64,000 nt of DNA from an uncultured Nitrospiraceae bacterium (GTDB lineage: Bacteria; Nitrospirota; Nitrospiria; Nitrospirales; Nitrospiraceae), in NCBI GenBank assembly GCA_963730935.1, contig CAVSTP010000002.1, positions 224,001 through 288,000 of the forward strand, in the 5' to 3' direction. The position numbers and the translations under genes were made by a program. How positions within the stretch are numbered: the first letter of the stretch is position 1; each line of letters starts with the position of its first letter. Of this stretch, positions 39,858-49,726 are shown one piece after another. A model generated the notes under the pieces. That model saw only the letters and a list, made by a program, of their open reading frames with translations, was not told the DNA's origin and ran no database searches.

Positions 39858-40718
39858 TTACAATCCGCCTTCCTTGATCTCACAGCCCAGGATTTCCATG
39901 AACTTGGTCAGACGGGTTTGGCGAAGAGTATCGTCCAGCTTCGCATAGATCGCGAGGAGGTTCTTGAGCATACGCGAGAGGATTGCACGCACGGCGCTGT
40001 GCTGGAGATACCGTTCGTCGAAGCCGTACCCGGCTTCGGTCAAGAAGCGCTGGCAGTTCTTTTCGGTGAGCAGTGCGCCGCCGTTGAAGCAGTCGACGAA
40101 AATCTTGTAGCGGTCCGATTCATACTTGACGAGGAAGTGTCCCGGCATCCCGATGCCGTGCACGGGCAGGCGCAGGCGCTTGCCAATCAACAGATAGACG
40201 ATGGATAGGCTGATCGGAATTCCCGTACGCCGGTCGATGACGCGATTCAGATAGGTGTTTTCGACTTCATAGTAATTCTTGGTGTTGCCCTTGAACCCCT
40301 GCTCAGTAAACAAGTATCGGTTCAACGTCTTGACGGTTTCCTCGCCGGAGGCGCGCGGCCCGATGCGGTCACGCACTTCTTGCGCCATCTCGTCCAGTTG
40401 ACGGATATACGCGGACAGGTCCAGGGACGGATAGGCGTACCGCGCGATCAGAAAGGCGCAGTGCTCCAGATCCATGCGGTCCTCCGGCAACGCCGCTTGC
40501 GCGATCAGTTCATCTTCAAGCTTGCCTCCGCGGATTTCTTCGAGCACCGAGGCAATGCGTTCCGCCATTTCCGGCTGTTCGATTTCAGCTTCCTGAAGGA
40601 GGGGAACCGCCGAAGGACCGATATCGATCAATCGGCCGCTGATGGTCTGGACGATTTTTTCGTCCTCGTCGGCAAGGAGTCGGATCAGGGCGCGGATCTG
40701 ACTTTCTGGGATGACCAT
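39858..40718 (-). CDS. SirB1/transglutaminase-like (Transglut_core2) protein
   Basis: GFKGN...YY, RRTGIPISLS, GIGMPGHFL, RML.NL. Confidence 0.85.
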   Translation of the reverse strand: MVIPESQIRALIRLLADEDEKIVQTISGRLIDIGPSAVPLLQEAEIEQPEMAERIASVLEEIRGGKLEDELIAQAALPEDRMDLEHCAFLIARYAYPSLDLSAYIRQLDEMAQEVRDRIGPRASGEETVKTLNRYLFTEQGFKGNTKNYYEVENTYLNRVIDRRTGIPISLSIVYLLIGKRLRLPVHGIGMPGHFLVKYESDRYKIFVDCFNGGALLTEKNCQRFLTEAGYGFDERYLQHSAVRAILSRMLKNLLAIYAKLDDTLRQTRLTKFMEILGCEIKEGGL

Positions 40719-40766
40719 CGTCTCTTCTTACCAGCCCAACCGCATGACGGTCAACGTGCCGCGGCC

Positions 40767-41546
40767 CTATCCCATGGCCCGGCGAAAGGCTTTGGCGCCG
40801 CCGTACAAACACAGCGCGTCGAACACGATCATCACCACCACGACCATCGCCAGATGCGGAAACGCCTCGCTCCAGCTGGACAGTATCAGCGGCCGCACCG
40901 CGTCGATCACCCAGGTCATCGGATTGAATTTCGCCAACAGGCTCATCCAGCCTGGCATGGCGTTCAATGGCACCAAGGCTGAGCTCAAGAATATCATTGG
41001 AAGCGAAAGAAAGCCCAGCACAGAGAAAAAATCCCCATGGCTCTTGACCGAGAACGCCATAGCCATCGAGATCGCCGTCAAGCCCACGCCGAACATCATG
41101 CCGATTATTAAGATTGCGGCGATGCCGAGTAAGCCGGTCGCAGGCTGTACACCGAAAAGAAAGGCCACAGCGAGGATGACCAACACTTGAAGCGAAGTAA
41201 TGGTCATGACGAAGATGAACCGACTCAAGATGACGGAGCTTCGATGGATCGGCGTCGACATGAGCCGCTCCAAAAAGCCGTTCTCCTTGTCGAACAACAA
41301 ATCCACGCCGCCGGCCAAGCCGTTATTGAGCACGGTCATGACCACGACGCCTGCCGCTAAGAAGCTGATGTAGTTGGGTGCCTGTGTCACCTGCGAATCG
41401 GCGGCGCGCTGGAAGAGATTGCCGAAAAAGATCAGCCAGAACAGCATGGGCTGGACTAGCGTGAAGAGCATGCTGAATTTCTCGCGGCTCAGCCGGCGCA
41501 CCCACCGCATCGTCAAGGCACTGATTTCCTGCCAATACTGGTTCAT
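40767..41546 (-). CDS. ABC-2 type transporter permease
   Basis: Six TM segments, DKENGFLERL.STP, NPMTW..DA.R. Confidence 0.9.
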   Translation of the reverse strand: MNQYWQEISALTMRWVRRLSREKFSMLFTLVQPMLFWLIFFGNLFQRAADSQVTQAPNYISFLAAGVVVMTVLNNGLAGGVDLLFDKENGFLERLMSTPIHRSSVILSRFIFVMTITSLQVLVILAVAFLFGVQPATGLLGIAAILIIGMMFGVGLTAISMAMAFSVKSHGDFFSVLGFLSLPMIFLSSALVPLNAMPGWMSLLAKFNPMTWVIDAVRPLILSSWSEAFPHLAMVVVVMIVFDALCLYGGAKAFRRAMG

Positions 41547-41584
41547 GACGTTTACTCACCCAATGTTGGAATGTGTCTCATAGC

Positions 41585-42553
41585 TCATTGCCCATCGCTC
41601 ACCGGTTCCTCTTCGATGCGTCGGCCCGTGTGCGCGAGAAACACGTCGTCCAATCGCGGCCTATTGTACTGGATGAACTCGACGCTGCACCCGACCCGGT
41701 TGGCGCATTCAAGGATAATGGGCAGCGCCTTTTCGGGCGATTCGACGCGGATATCGAGGCCCTTCGACGTCGCTCTGACTGCCTTGATCGCGGGTTGGCC
41801 TTTCAACACCGATTCGAGCGTCGGGACCTTGTCCGTTTCCTTGAGCGTCAGCGACACGATGTCTCCGCCCAGCCCGACCTTGAGTTCGACGGGGGAACCA
41901 ATCGTCTTGATCACCCCGCCATCGATAATCGCCAGCCGGTCGCACAACTGATCGGCTTCATCCAGATAATTGCTCGTCATGACGACCGTCATGCCGCGCG
42001 TCTTCAACAGTCGGATATAGTCCCAGATTTTGAGCCGGCTCTGCACATCGAGCCCCAGGGTCGGTTCGTCGAGAAACAGGACTTTGGGGTCGGGTAAGAG
42101 ACCGCAAGCAATATCGAGCTTGCGTTTCATCCCTCCCGAGTAGGTTTTTGCCGGACGATCGGCGTGCGCTTCGAGTTCCACGAGTTTCAGCAATTCGGCG
42201 ATCCGCCGGTGCGCCTCGTCCTTTGTGAGGTGATACAGGGCCCCCAGCAGTTCCAGATGCTCTCTGCCGGTGAGAAACCGGTCGATGGCTCGTTCCTGCG
42301 GAACATAGCCGATCAACTGCCGGACGCGATCAGCATCGCGCACGCTCTCGAGGCCGAAGATCGTGGCGCGCCCGGAGGTCGGCGAGAGCAGGGTGATCAG
42401 TATGCGCAGCGTGGTGCTTTTACCGGCGCCGTTCGGGCCCAGCAGGCCGAAAATTTCGCCGGCATATACCTGGAATGAGATGTCCTTGACGGCGTGATGG
42501 CCGTCATACGATTTGGACAGATGGCAGACATCGATCGCGACCGCCCGATCCAT
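41585..42553 (-). CDS. ABC transporter ATP-binding protein (DrrA-like)
   Basis: GPNGAGKST, YSGGMKR, LDEPT. Confidence 0.92.
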   Translation of the reverse strand: MDRAVAIDVCHLSKSYDGHHAVKDISFQVYAGEIFGLLGPNGAGKSTTLRILITLLSPTSGRATIFGLESVRDADRVRQLIGYVPQERAIDRFLTGREHLELLGALYHLTKDEAHRRIAELLKLVELEAHADRPAKTYSGGMKRKLDIACGLLPDPKVLFLDEPTLGLDVQSRLKIWDYIRLLKTRGMTVVMTSNYLDEADQLCDRLAIIDGGVIKTIGSPVELKVGLGGDIVSLTLKETDKVPTLESVLKGQPAIKAVRATSKGLDIRVESPEKALPIILECANRVGCSVEFIQYNRPRLDDVFLAHTGRRIEEEPVSDGQ

Positions 42554-43242
42554 CACCCCCAGCCCTTCGCGCCGTGATGATCATGCATCAGGAATTGAAT
42601 GAGATCGCTGAGGCGGCGAGCCTGTTGATGGAGGTTCAGGGCTTCCAACAGGAATTGCTTCTCCAGCGGCGTGCAATCCAGATAGGTGGACAGGGTATTG
42701 ACGAGGATGTCATCGCTCACGTCTTCCCGAAACCAGCCTTGCCAGGTCGGCGCCTCCTGACGTGACCGGAGATACTCTTCCAGCGTCGTCACCAGCCGTT
42801 GCCGAACGGCAGGGTCAAGTGAGGGTTCCGCCGCTCGCGCCATCAGCGAAATCGAGGCGCGGCGATAGGGCTTGTCCTGAAATTCTTCGGTAATTTCAAA
42901 TCGCTCGAGACCCTGAAGCAGAATGTTGGATCGGCCGTCGGCGAGAGGCTGCACACTGACCAGCCGTCCGACGCAGCCCATCGTGAACACGGGAGGATTG
43001 CCGTAGTATTCCAACTCCCAGCCTTCCTTGAGCAGCGCGATGCCGATACACTGTCCGCCCATGACGGCGTCGTCAACCATCTCTCGATACCGCGGCTCAA
43101 AGATGTGCAGGGGAAGATAGGTCTTGGGAAACAGTACGACGTTTGGAAGCGCGAACACCGGGATCTGAGAGGGAATAGGAAACGGCGCGCTCTTGTCGGA
43201 CGGCTCCGGTTCGTGATGTTCCCGCTCGCGATCGGTTTGCAT
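42553..43242 (-). CDS. Stand-alone LON substrate-binding domain protein
   Basis: VVLFP...LPLHIFEPRY, GCVG, DGRSNI...G..RF. Confidence 0.88.
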   Translation of the reverse strand: MQTDREREHHEPEPSDKSAPFPIPSQIPVFALPNVVLFPKTYLPLHIFEPRYREMVDDAVMGGQCIGIALLKEGWELEYYGNPPVFTMGCVGRLVSVQPLADGRSNILLQGLERFEITEEFQDKPYRRASISLMARAAEPSLDPAVRQRLVTTLEEYLRSRQEAPTWQGWFREDVSDDILVNTLSTYLDCTPLEKQFLLEALNLHQQARRLSDLIQFLMHDHHGAKGWG

Positions 43243-43396
43243 GTGGCCACGATAGCCGATGGCCGGCAAAATTGTCAACGGCGCGATGGCCGTTTTCGAG
43301 CGTGCAGACAGCGCAGAAATCCCTCATCATTACTGGCGATTTGTGACTTTCAGCCGCCGCATGTTATAAGCGCAACACCCCCTACACGGAAACGCT

Positions 43397-44530
43397 GTGA
43401 TGACTCTCGGACCACGATTGCTGCTCCTCTTCTGCTGCCTCTGTCTCGTTCCCACCGTGTCGGCGGACAACGGTGCCTTCACTCAGGCGCGAGAAGGGTA
43501 TCACTACCAATTTCCGCGCGACCATGGCTCGCACGATGCATTCCGCACCGAATGGTGGTACTACACGGGGAACCTCACGGCGAAGAACGGCCGCGCCTTC
43601 GGCTACCAACTCACGTTCTTTCGCCGCGGAATCCCGCCGGATCAGGTCGAAACATTGCCCTCGAAATGGTCCATCACACAGCTGTACCTCGCGCACTTTG
43701 CCGTGAGTGATCTAAAGAAGGGCCGATTTCAGTACGCGGAAAAGCTCAGCCGGGCCGCTCTCGGCAAAGCGGGAGCAGAAGCTGAGCGTTTGCACGTGTG
43801 GATCGATCGATGGCGCACCGAAACGCTCGGGCCGGAGACATCTGGACGGGACGCCCCGGCGCAGATCCTGGAAGCCTCCGACGGCGACTTCTCCATCACG
43901 CTGACCGTCGTGCCCGACAAACCCTTGGTCGTGCACGGCACCGGAGGAATCAGCCGCAAGGGCACCGAGAGTGGACAATCCTCCCATTACTATTCGTGGA
44001 CCAATCTGGCAACGAGGGGGAGCCTCACGATTGGGGGCGAATCGTTCGACGTTGCGGGGACCAGTTGGATGGACCACGAGTTCGGATCCGCCGACTTGAG
44101 TCCGGAACTCGTCGGATGGGATTGGTTCAGTCTCCAGATGGCCGATCAGACGGAGATTATGCTCTATCGCCTGCGGCGTGCCGACGGGTCAGCCCATCCT
44201 GCCTCGAGCGGCACGTTCATCGACCGGGAGGGCGGAGCGCATCCTCTGTCCCTCAAGGATTTCACGTTGGAGCCGACCAGTTATTGGAGCAGTCCGCTCA
44301 GCAAGGCTCGTTACCCGCAGAGATGGCGCCTGACCGTGCCTTCGAAAAACCTTTCACTCGAACTGGTTCCACGCATGGACGAGCAAGAGCTTCGGACGGA
44401 ACGCAGCACTCAGGTCACGTACTGGGAAGGCGCGATCGAGAGCACGGGCACCTCTAGCGGTAAGCCTATCACCGGGCTGGGCTACATGGAATTGACCGGG
44501 TACGCCGAACGATTCACGAAAAAGCTGTAG
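43397..44530 (+). CDS. Secreted AttH/CrtC-like lipocalin-fold protein
   Basis: FPRDHG.H..FRTEWWYYTG, S.YYS, WMDHEFG, GWDWF, YWEGA, GYMELTGY. Confidence 0.85.
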   Translation: MMTLGPRLLLLFCCLCLVPTVSADNGAFTQAREGYHYQFPRDHGSHDAFRTEWWYYTGNLTAKNGRAFGYQLTFFRRGIPPDQVETLPSKWSITQLYLAHFAVSDLKKGRFQYAEKLSRAALGKAGAEAERLHVWIDRWRTETLGPETSGRDAPAQILEASDGDFSITLTVVPDKPLVVHGTGGISRKGTESGQSSHYYSWTNLATRGSLTIGGESFDVAGTSWMDHEFGSADLSPELVGWDWFSLQMADQTEIMLYRLRRADGSAHPASSGTFIDREGGAHPLSLKDFTLEPTSYWSSPLSKARYPQRWRLTVPSKNLSLELVPRMDEQELRTERSTQVTYWEGAIESTGTSSGKPITGLGYMELTGYAERFTKKL

Positions 44531-44545
44531 AGACGAGACCACCGG

Positions 44546-45583
44546 ATGCCGATTTCCCGTATGCTGATGTTCTATCACCTGGCGGCCATCGTCCTGATGC
44601 TCTGGCTCAGCGGTTGTCAGAAGGACAGCGAGGCCATCGTGTCGATCGCCCTGCACCCTACCAACCGGAAGATTCTGTACGTGGCCACCAATGATGCCGT
44701 ATACAAATCTCGCGACGGCGGCGACTCCTGGGAAAAATTTCCAAGCTTCAGTGCCCGGCGGGTGACGACGGTAGCGATTGATCCGCAGCTACCGGCAACC
44801 GTCTATGCCGGCACGATGGGCGACGCTGTCTATAAGAGTCCGGACGGAGGACAACATTGGCTGCCGCACAACGTCGGCCTCAAGGAACACGTGTCATTTG
44901 TCAATCAGTTCGTCTTTCATCCGGCCCTCAGCGAGAAAATCTATGCCGCCACTACTGTCGGCGCCTTCTATACAAAAGATGCGGGACGTGAATGGGAAGA
45001 GCGGATGAACGGGATGAAGGAGGTCCACATCGTCACCGCGATCGCCATCAATCCGAAGGACCCCGCTGTGCTCTACGGAGGCACGACCGGCGGAATGTAC
45101 CGCTCGGAAGATGGAGCAATGACCTGGAAGAAAATCAACAACGGTCTCATCCCCGAAAGCGAACTGATGGCTTCCATGGCTCTTGGTGTCAACGCCATCG
45201 AAATCGACCACATGAATCCCGATATCGTGTATGCGGGTACGACGAAGGGACTCTATCGCACGACGAACAAGGGAGAGTCCTGGGCACGGATCGGGCAGTC
45301 GATCCCCGAACCGTTTATCAGCAGTATCGTGCTCCACCCCAGCGACTCGTCAATTCTCTACGTCGGAGGGCCCGGCGGAGTCTGGAAGAGTGACGACAGC
45401 GGAAAAACATGGGCGGCCAGAATTGACGGCCTGGCCAGTCTCAATATCAGGGCACTCGCGATGGAGCCCAAAGATCTTCGGACATTGTATGCCGGCACCA
45501 ACGGGAGCGGCCTCTATCGTTCCACTGATGCCGGGGGGAGATGGACCGGGGTCCCGCTCAAAGCCGCGGATGCCCGCAGTTAG
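44546..45583 (+). CDS. BNR/YCF48/VPS10-like beta-propeller lipoprotein
   Basis: Lipobox LSGC, repeated Asp-boxes S.DGG..W. Confidence 0.85.
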   Translation: MPISRMLMFYHLAAIVLMLWLSGCQKDSEAIVSIALHPTNRKILYVATNDAVYKSRDGGDSWEKFPSFSARRVTTVAIDPQLPATVYAGTMGDAVYKSPDGGQHWLPHNVGLKEHVSFVNQFVFHPALSEKIYAATTVGAFYTKDAGREWEERMNGMKEVHIVTAIAINPKDPAVLYGGTTGGMYRSEDGAMTWKKINNGLIPESELMASMALGVNAIEIDHMNPDIVYAGTTKGLYRTTNKGESWARIGQSIPEPFISSIVLHPSDSSILYVGGPGGVWKSDDSGKTWAARIDGLASLNIRALAMEPKDLRTLYAGTNGSGLYRSTDAGGRWTGVPLKAADARS

Positions 45584-45664
45584 CCTCCTAATACCCTGTC
45601 TTCGGCCTCTGCGCTTCCGTGGCCATTGTCAGTGTCAACGAGCATACCGTATCATTCATTCGCC

Positions 45665-46027
45665 ATGACTCACCCGACTGCCGCCCAATCGGATCTCGTT
45701 CTGACGCTCCGCGAGGAATTCCGCTCTCATTTGGAAACGTTCTACTCACGGCTCAAGCTTGCGCCTCCCTACGAAAGCGTCGAGAAGGCCATCCGTTCCC
45801 TGACGACAGCCGTGCACGGCCTGCCGAACGCTCAGCGGGCTCGTCTTGCGCAGGATCCGGGGCAGAGATGGGATCAGTTCCGCCGGGCGTTCGAAACGTC
45901 GGGACTCGCCAAGAAACATCGCGGCATCATTGCAGGCTTGGCGCGGAACAGAGAGGGTCTCGGGCTGCCCGCAGAGTACGACCATTTTCTAAACTTGTTC
46001 ACCTCAAGCTCCCCTGGACCTTCCTGA
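45665..46027 (+). CDS. Hypothetical protein
   Basis: Helical, protein-like ORF. Start inferred. Confidence 0.6.
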   Translation: MTHPTAAQSDLVLTLREEFRSHLETFYSRLKLAPPYESVEKAIRSLTTAVHGLPNAQRARLAQDPGQRWDQFRRAFETSGLAKKHRGIIAGLARNREGLGLPAEYDHFLNLFTSSSPGPS

Positions 46028-46645
46028 GGAGACGGTCGTCGTATCATCCACGACGGCTTTCAGTTCGTCGTACACTTGAGCGAAACGACTGCTCTCCAGC
46101 CGATAGGAGAGCATGACGGTCACAATCCCGAATGCGAACACGAGCAGCCCGATGCCTAAAATCCCAGCGCCCATCAAGAGACCGCTCAGCGACTCGAACC
46201 CGCCCTGCGTTCCGTAGGTGATCATGAAGGCCGTGGTGCCTAGCCCTACGAGAAGAAACCAGACCAGGGTAAGGATAGCTGACGACCAGGGAATTCGCTT
46301 GATGCATACGGCGCGAACTCCCTGGGCGTCGGGCAGCAAGTGAATGAGGCCCTTGAGCGGCCAGGCGGTTCGAAAGCCCACGGCGAACAACCGATATTGA
46401 GGCCGCAGCGCAATCTGCCGGATCTCTGGGTAAAAGCGGGCAATGCCGTGGGGAAGCGTGAGGGCGCCATCCGCATCGACGCGGGCCTCAAGACGCATTA
46501 CACTCTGTAAGGAGAACCGGTCCACTGTGCGCGCAATTCCGCAGCCGTAACGTCCGGCATCCGGAGTCAGGCGCACGAAATAGAGCCAGTCCCCGAGGAT
46601 CAACCCGAGGAACAGAACTCCTGCAAACAGTCCCGCAAGTATCAT
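46004..46645 (-). CDS. Hypothetical membrane protein
   Basis: Three hydrophobic segments. Confidence 0.65.
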   Translation of the reverse strand: MILAGLFAGVLFLGLILGDWLYFVRLTPDAGRYGCGIARTVDRFSLQSVMRLEARVDADGALTLPHGIARFYPEIRQIALRPQYRLFAVGFRTAWPLKGLIHLLPDAQGVRAVCIKRIPWSSAILTLVWFLLVGLGTTAFMITYGTQGGFESLSGLLMGAGILGIGLLVFAFGIVTVMLSYRLESSRFAQVYDELKAVVDDTTTVSSGRSRGA

Positions 46646-46888
46646 GGCCCTAGTCGTTTCCGCAGTGCGAGAAGCACGAAGCCGATTCCCCTAGCATTTC
46701 CCTAGGACCAAATCAATTCTGTTGACTCGCTATCTGGAGTTGGTTATTGTAGCGATGGTTTTTTGGGTTGGCGGGTTCCTCGCTCCATTCAGGCGCTCCG
46801 CCGCTACGGATTCTCCCCAATGGAATAATTCCGCCATTCCTCCCTGCTTCGAGCAGAAGCAGGAGTCTGATGTGTGGTTGGAGGTGAC

Positions 46889-47614
46889 ATGGATTTGCAC
46901 AAGGTCGAGCGGGTCTATACGTCCTACGCCGGTGTATACGATAAAATTTTCGGCAAGGTGTTTCACGAAGGACGTGAGTCCGCCATCCGCAACCTGAACG
47001 TCCAACCCAATGAGCGCATCCTTGAAGTCGGAGTCGGCACCGGCATCGCCCTCCCCATGTATCCCCGGCACTGCGAGATCATCGCCATCGATTTTTCAGA
47101 AGGCATGTTGGAAATTGCCAGGAAGCGCACGGCCGAGCATCAAATGAGCCACGTCACCTTGCATCGCATGGACGCCGGCGCCATGGAATTCGAGGACAGC
47201 ACCTTCGATACCGTCGTTGCGGCTTACGTGGTGACGGCCGTACCCGACTACCGTAAGGTGGTCAGTGAAATGATCCGCGTCTGCCGTCCCGGCGGCCGCA
47301 TCATCATGCTCAATCATTTCAGCAACGAAAACAAGATGGTGGCAGCTGTCGAGAAAGTGATTTCACCACTGACGAAGCATCTGGGCTGGCGAACAGACCT
47401 ATCATTGGATAACGTGCTGGAAGGCACCGAACTGCACGTGGCCAGGAAGCAGAACGTCAATCCGCTCCGGTTTTGGGCCCTTGTCGAATGCGTCAACTGC
47501 AAGAACGGGCATAGCATCGCGCATAAGAAAGGCGCGGCCTACGCCAACGGTACGACGGTCTACACCCCCAGCGCGCTCGGGGCCGGAGCCACGAACGAAG
47601 AAGCCCTCGCCTGA
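46889..47614 (+). CDS. Class I SAM methyltransferase, phospholipid N-methyltransferase (PmtA)-like
   Basis: SD GGAGGT, Y..YA.VYD..FG, LEVGVGTG, RVCRPGG....NHF. Confidence 0.78.
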   Translation: MDLHKVERVYTSYAGVYDKIFGKVFHEGRESAIRNLNVQPNERILEVGVGTGIALPMYPRHCEIIAIDFSEGMLEIARKRTAEHQMSHVTLHRMDAGAMEFEDSTFDTVVAAYVVTAVPDYRKVVSEMIRVCRPGGRIIMLNHFSNENKMVAAVEKVISPLTKHLGWRTDLSLDNVLEGTELHVARKQNVNPLRFWALVECVNCKNGHSIAHKKGAAYANGTTVYTPSALGAGATNEEALA

Positions 47615-47618
47615 CAGG

Positions 47619-48452
47619 CTACTGGTCCGCTTTTCCCGTGTTCGTCCACCGCAGCTGCTCCAATGACTTCCAACTGAGCCATTCTCCGCCGGGTATGATC
47701 GTATTGCCGACCAGGCACTGACCTGAAAAGCGGCGAACGATGAGGTCTGACAGACAGGACAGCAACCGGTTCGCCGCCGTCCCGTGCGAGCCGTTGACGT
47801 GCAGCAGAATCCCGAATCCGGGTCCATCCAGCGGTCCGTACAGCATCACGTGCACCGCAGACTGCTCAATGGCATCCGCGCCATGGGCCGGCAGCATGGT
47901 CCCTTCCCACCGGATAAGCGACGCATCTTCTTGGGACGCCTTGGCCTTCTTCCATGTGCAGGGCATCCCGGCATTATCCAATTCACCGAGCAACCACTCG
48001 ATGGTCGGCCATTCGCTGGTTGGACTCTGGAAAATCCAACGCGCGACCGGTTCACGCGTTCGGTCATCGCACGACGGCATTGACACTTCCTCGAGTTGAG
48101 CCTCGTCGCAGACCACATACAGTTCCCCTTGCGGATCAAACCAGAATCGCAGCTTCCCGGCCGTACACTCCGCGTGAATCACGCTGAGACCGGAGCAGTC
48201 GGCGCCCTCCTGCTCGAACACTGAAAAATCGGTTACCCCTCTCATGGTGAGCTTTGCCACTCGTTCCATGTGACGAAGACTGTACCGTATGACCACCGTC
48301 ACGACTGTATCGGCAAGCACTTCGCGGCCTGATCCTTCATCGAAGAGACGGCGCTTCGACATCTGCACATCGGTGACATAGCCGCCCCGGAATCCGCCTG
48401 TATGGCCCAGCAGCCACCGGAGATCCTCCACGTCCTTGATAGGCATTTGCAT
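47619..48452 (-). CDS. Hypothetical protein
   Basis: 277 aa ORF. TACAAT lies 6 nt before the ATG. Confidence 0.65.
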   Translation of the reverse strand: MQMPIKDVEDLRWLLGHTGGFRGGYVTDVQMSKRRLFDEGSGREVLADTVVTVVIRYSLRHMERVAKLTMRGVTDFSVFEQEGADCSGLSVIHAECTAGKLRFWFDPQGELYVVCDEAQLEEVSMPSCDDRTREPVARWIFQSPTSEWPTIEWLLGELDNAGMPCTWKKAKASQEDASLIRWEGTMLPAHGADAIEQSAVHVMLYGPLDGPGFGILLHVNGSHGTAANRLLSCLSDLIVRRFSGQCLVGNTIIPGGEWLSWKSLEQLRWTNTGKADQ

Positions 48453-48551
48453 AGTGGGATTGTAACGCAGGATGATGCGAGAGGCTAGAGAACTACGACG
48501 GGTTGCAAACCCCGGGCTGGATCGCCGGAGGAGAATTGCGCCCGAAAGGGG

Positions 48552-48938
48552 TTATGCACATCCCACGCGCTCGCCCCTGAGGATCTTGCCGCTCTGATCC
48601 GCAAAAAAATGGAGCTGGCAATTGACGTTGCCGCCATACAGAGGAAGGAGTTCGTACGCGTCCGCCTGCCCTGGCATACGATCGATGGCGAAGTCCCATA
48701 CCATCTGGATCGTGCCATCCTCCAACTGATGGGGATGGAGATTGGGAGGCCCGAGTTCCACATAGAGATCAGTGACCTGTCCGCCGACCCATCGCTTAAT
48801 GACATCGTCCCAAGTCTGATACGGCCCAGCGACATCGCGCTTCGCCGCGTCCTTGCTTTCGGTCGCACAGCCGGTAGCGATGACGGCGGCAACACACAGT
48901 ACGCATAGTTTGAACGCCAGCATGGTTCGACATCGCAT
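48552..48938 (-). CDS. Hypothetical lipoprotein
   Basis: SD GAAGGAG, lipobox IATGC, W.G.....L...LGPP...C.L.F pattern. Confidence 0.7.
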   Translation of the reverse strand: MRCRTMLAFKLCVLCVAAVIATGCATESKDAAKRDVAGPYQTWDDVIKRWVGGQVTDLYVELGPPNLHPHQLEDGTIQMVWDFAIDRMPGQADAYELLPLYGGNVNCQLHFFADQSGKILRGERVGCA

Positions 48939-49004
48939 CATCAACTCCTTCCGGTGAGGTTGCAGAGAGCGTCCAAACGCATGACTCTGACGTCTCCGAC
49001 CGCA

Positions 49005-49526
49005 TTACGTGAGAAGGTTCACGTCCTCGAGCAGGCTTCCGTACACTCTGAAGTCGCCCTCCGAGAAGCAACAAAACGTCACCTCGCGCAGGCCAGAGGG
49101 TTTTCCTGCGAACTCGCGAGTGGCGGTGATGGCAATCCTGGCGGCTTCATCGAATGGATAGCCATAGATTCCAGTACTGATGCTCGGGAAAGCCAAGGTC
49201 GTAATCCCTTTGTCGTTGGCAAGTGCCAGGGAGGTTCGATAGCAAGACGCGAGCAACTCCGGCTCACCTCGCTGGCCGCCATGCCACACAGGCCCGACGG
49301 TGTGAATGATGTAGCGGGCTGGGAGACGATATCCCTTCGTCAATTTGGCATCGCCGGTCCGGCAGCCACCGAGCAGACGGCATTCATCCAACAACTCGGG
49401 TCCAGCTGCACGATGAATTGCACCGCACACACCGCCGCCTGGAAGGAGTGATTCATTCGCGGCATTCACGACGGCGTCGACATTCAATGTGGTGATGTCG
49501 GCCTGAATCGCCCGAAGCCTGGCCAT
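49005..49526 (-). CDS. ymdB: Macrodomain O-acetyl-ADP-ribose deacetylase
   Basis: [38 protein letters not shown]. Confidence 0.9.
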   Translation of the reverse strand: MARLRAIQADITTLNVDAVVNAANESLLPGGGVCGAIHRAAGPELLDECRLLGGCRTGDAKLTKGYRLPARYIIHTVGPVWHGGQRGEPELLASCYRTSLALANDKGITTLAFPSISTGIYGYPFDEAARIAITATREFAGKPSGLREVTFCCFSEGDFRVYGSLLEDVNLLT

Positions 49527-49726
49527 GACGCAAGACGCCCTTCACAGTCGGGGGGAGGATAGTGTGATTACCTGAACGTGTCAATGGAAACGGGCGGCAT
49601 CGGGACGCACGACCATCCTTGTCCTGGTCCGCCGTGTTTCTTGCGTTGATTACCGCTATATACCTGAAGTAGCCTAGAAAGCTTGTTTCGCACGAAGCTT
49701 CTTTGCAGAAAGGAGATGTGTCGATC

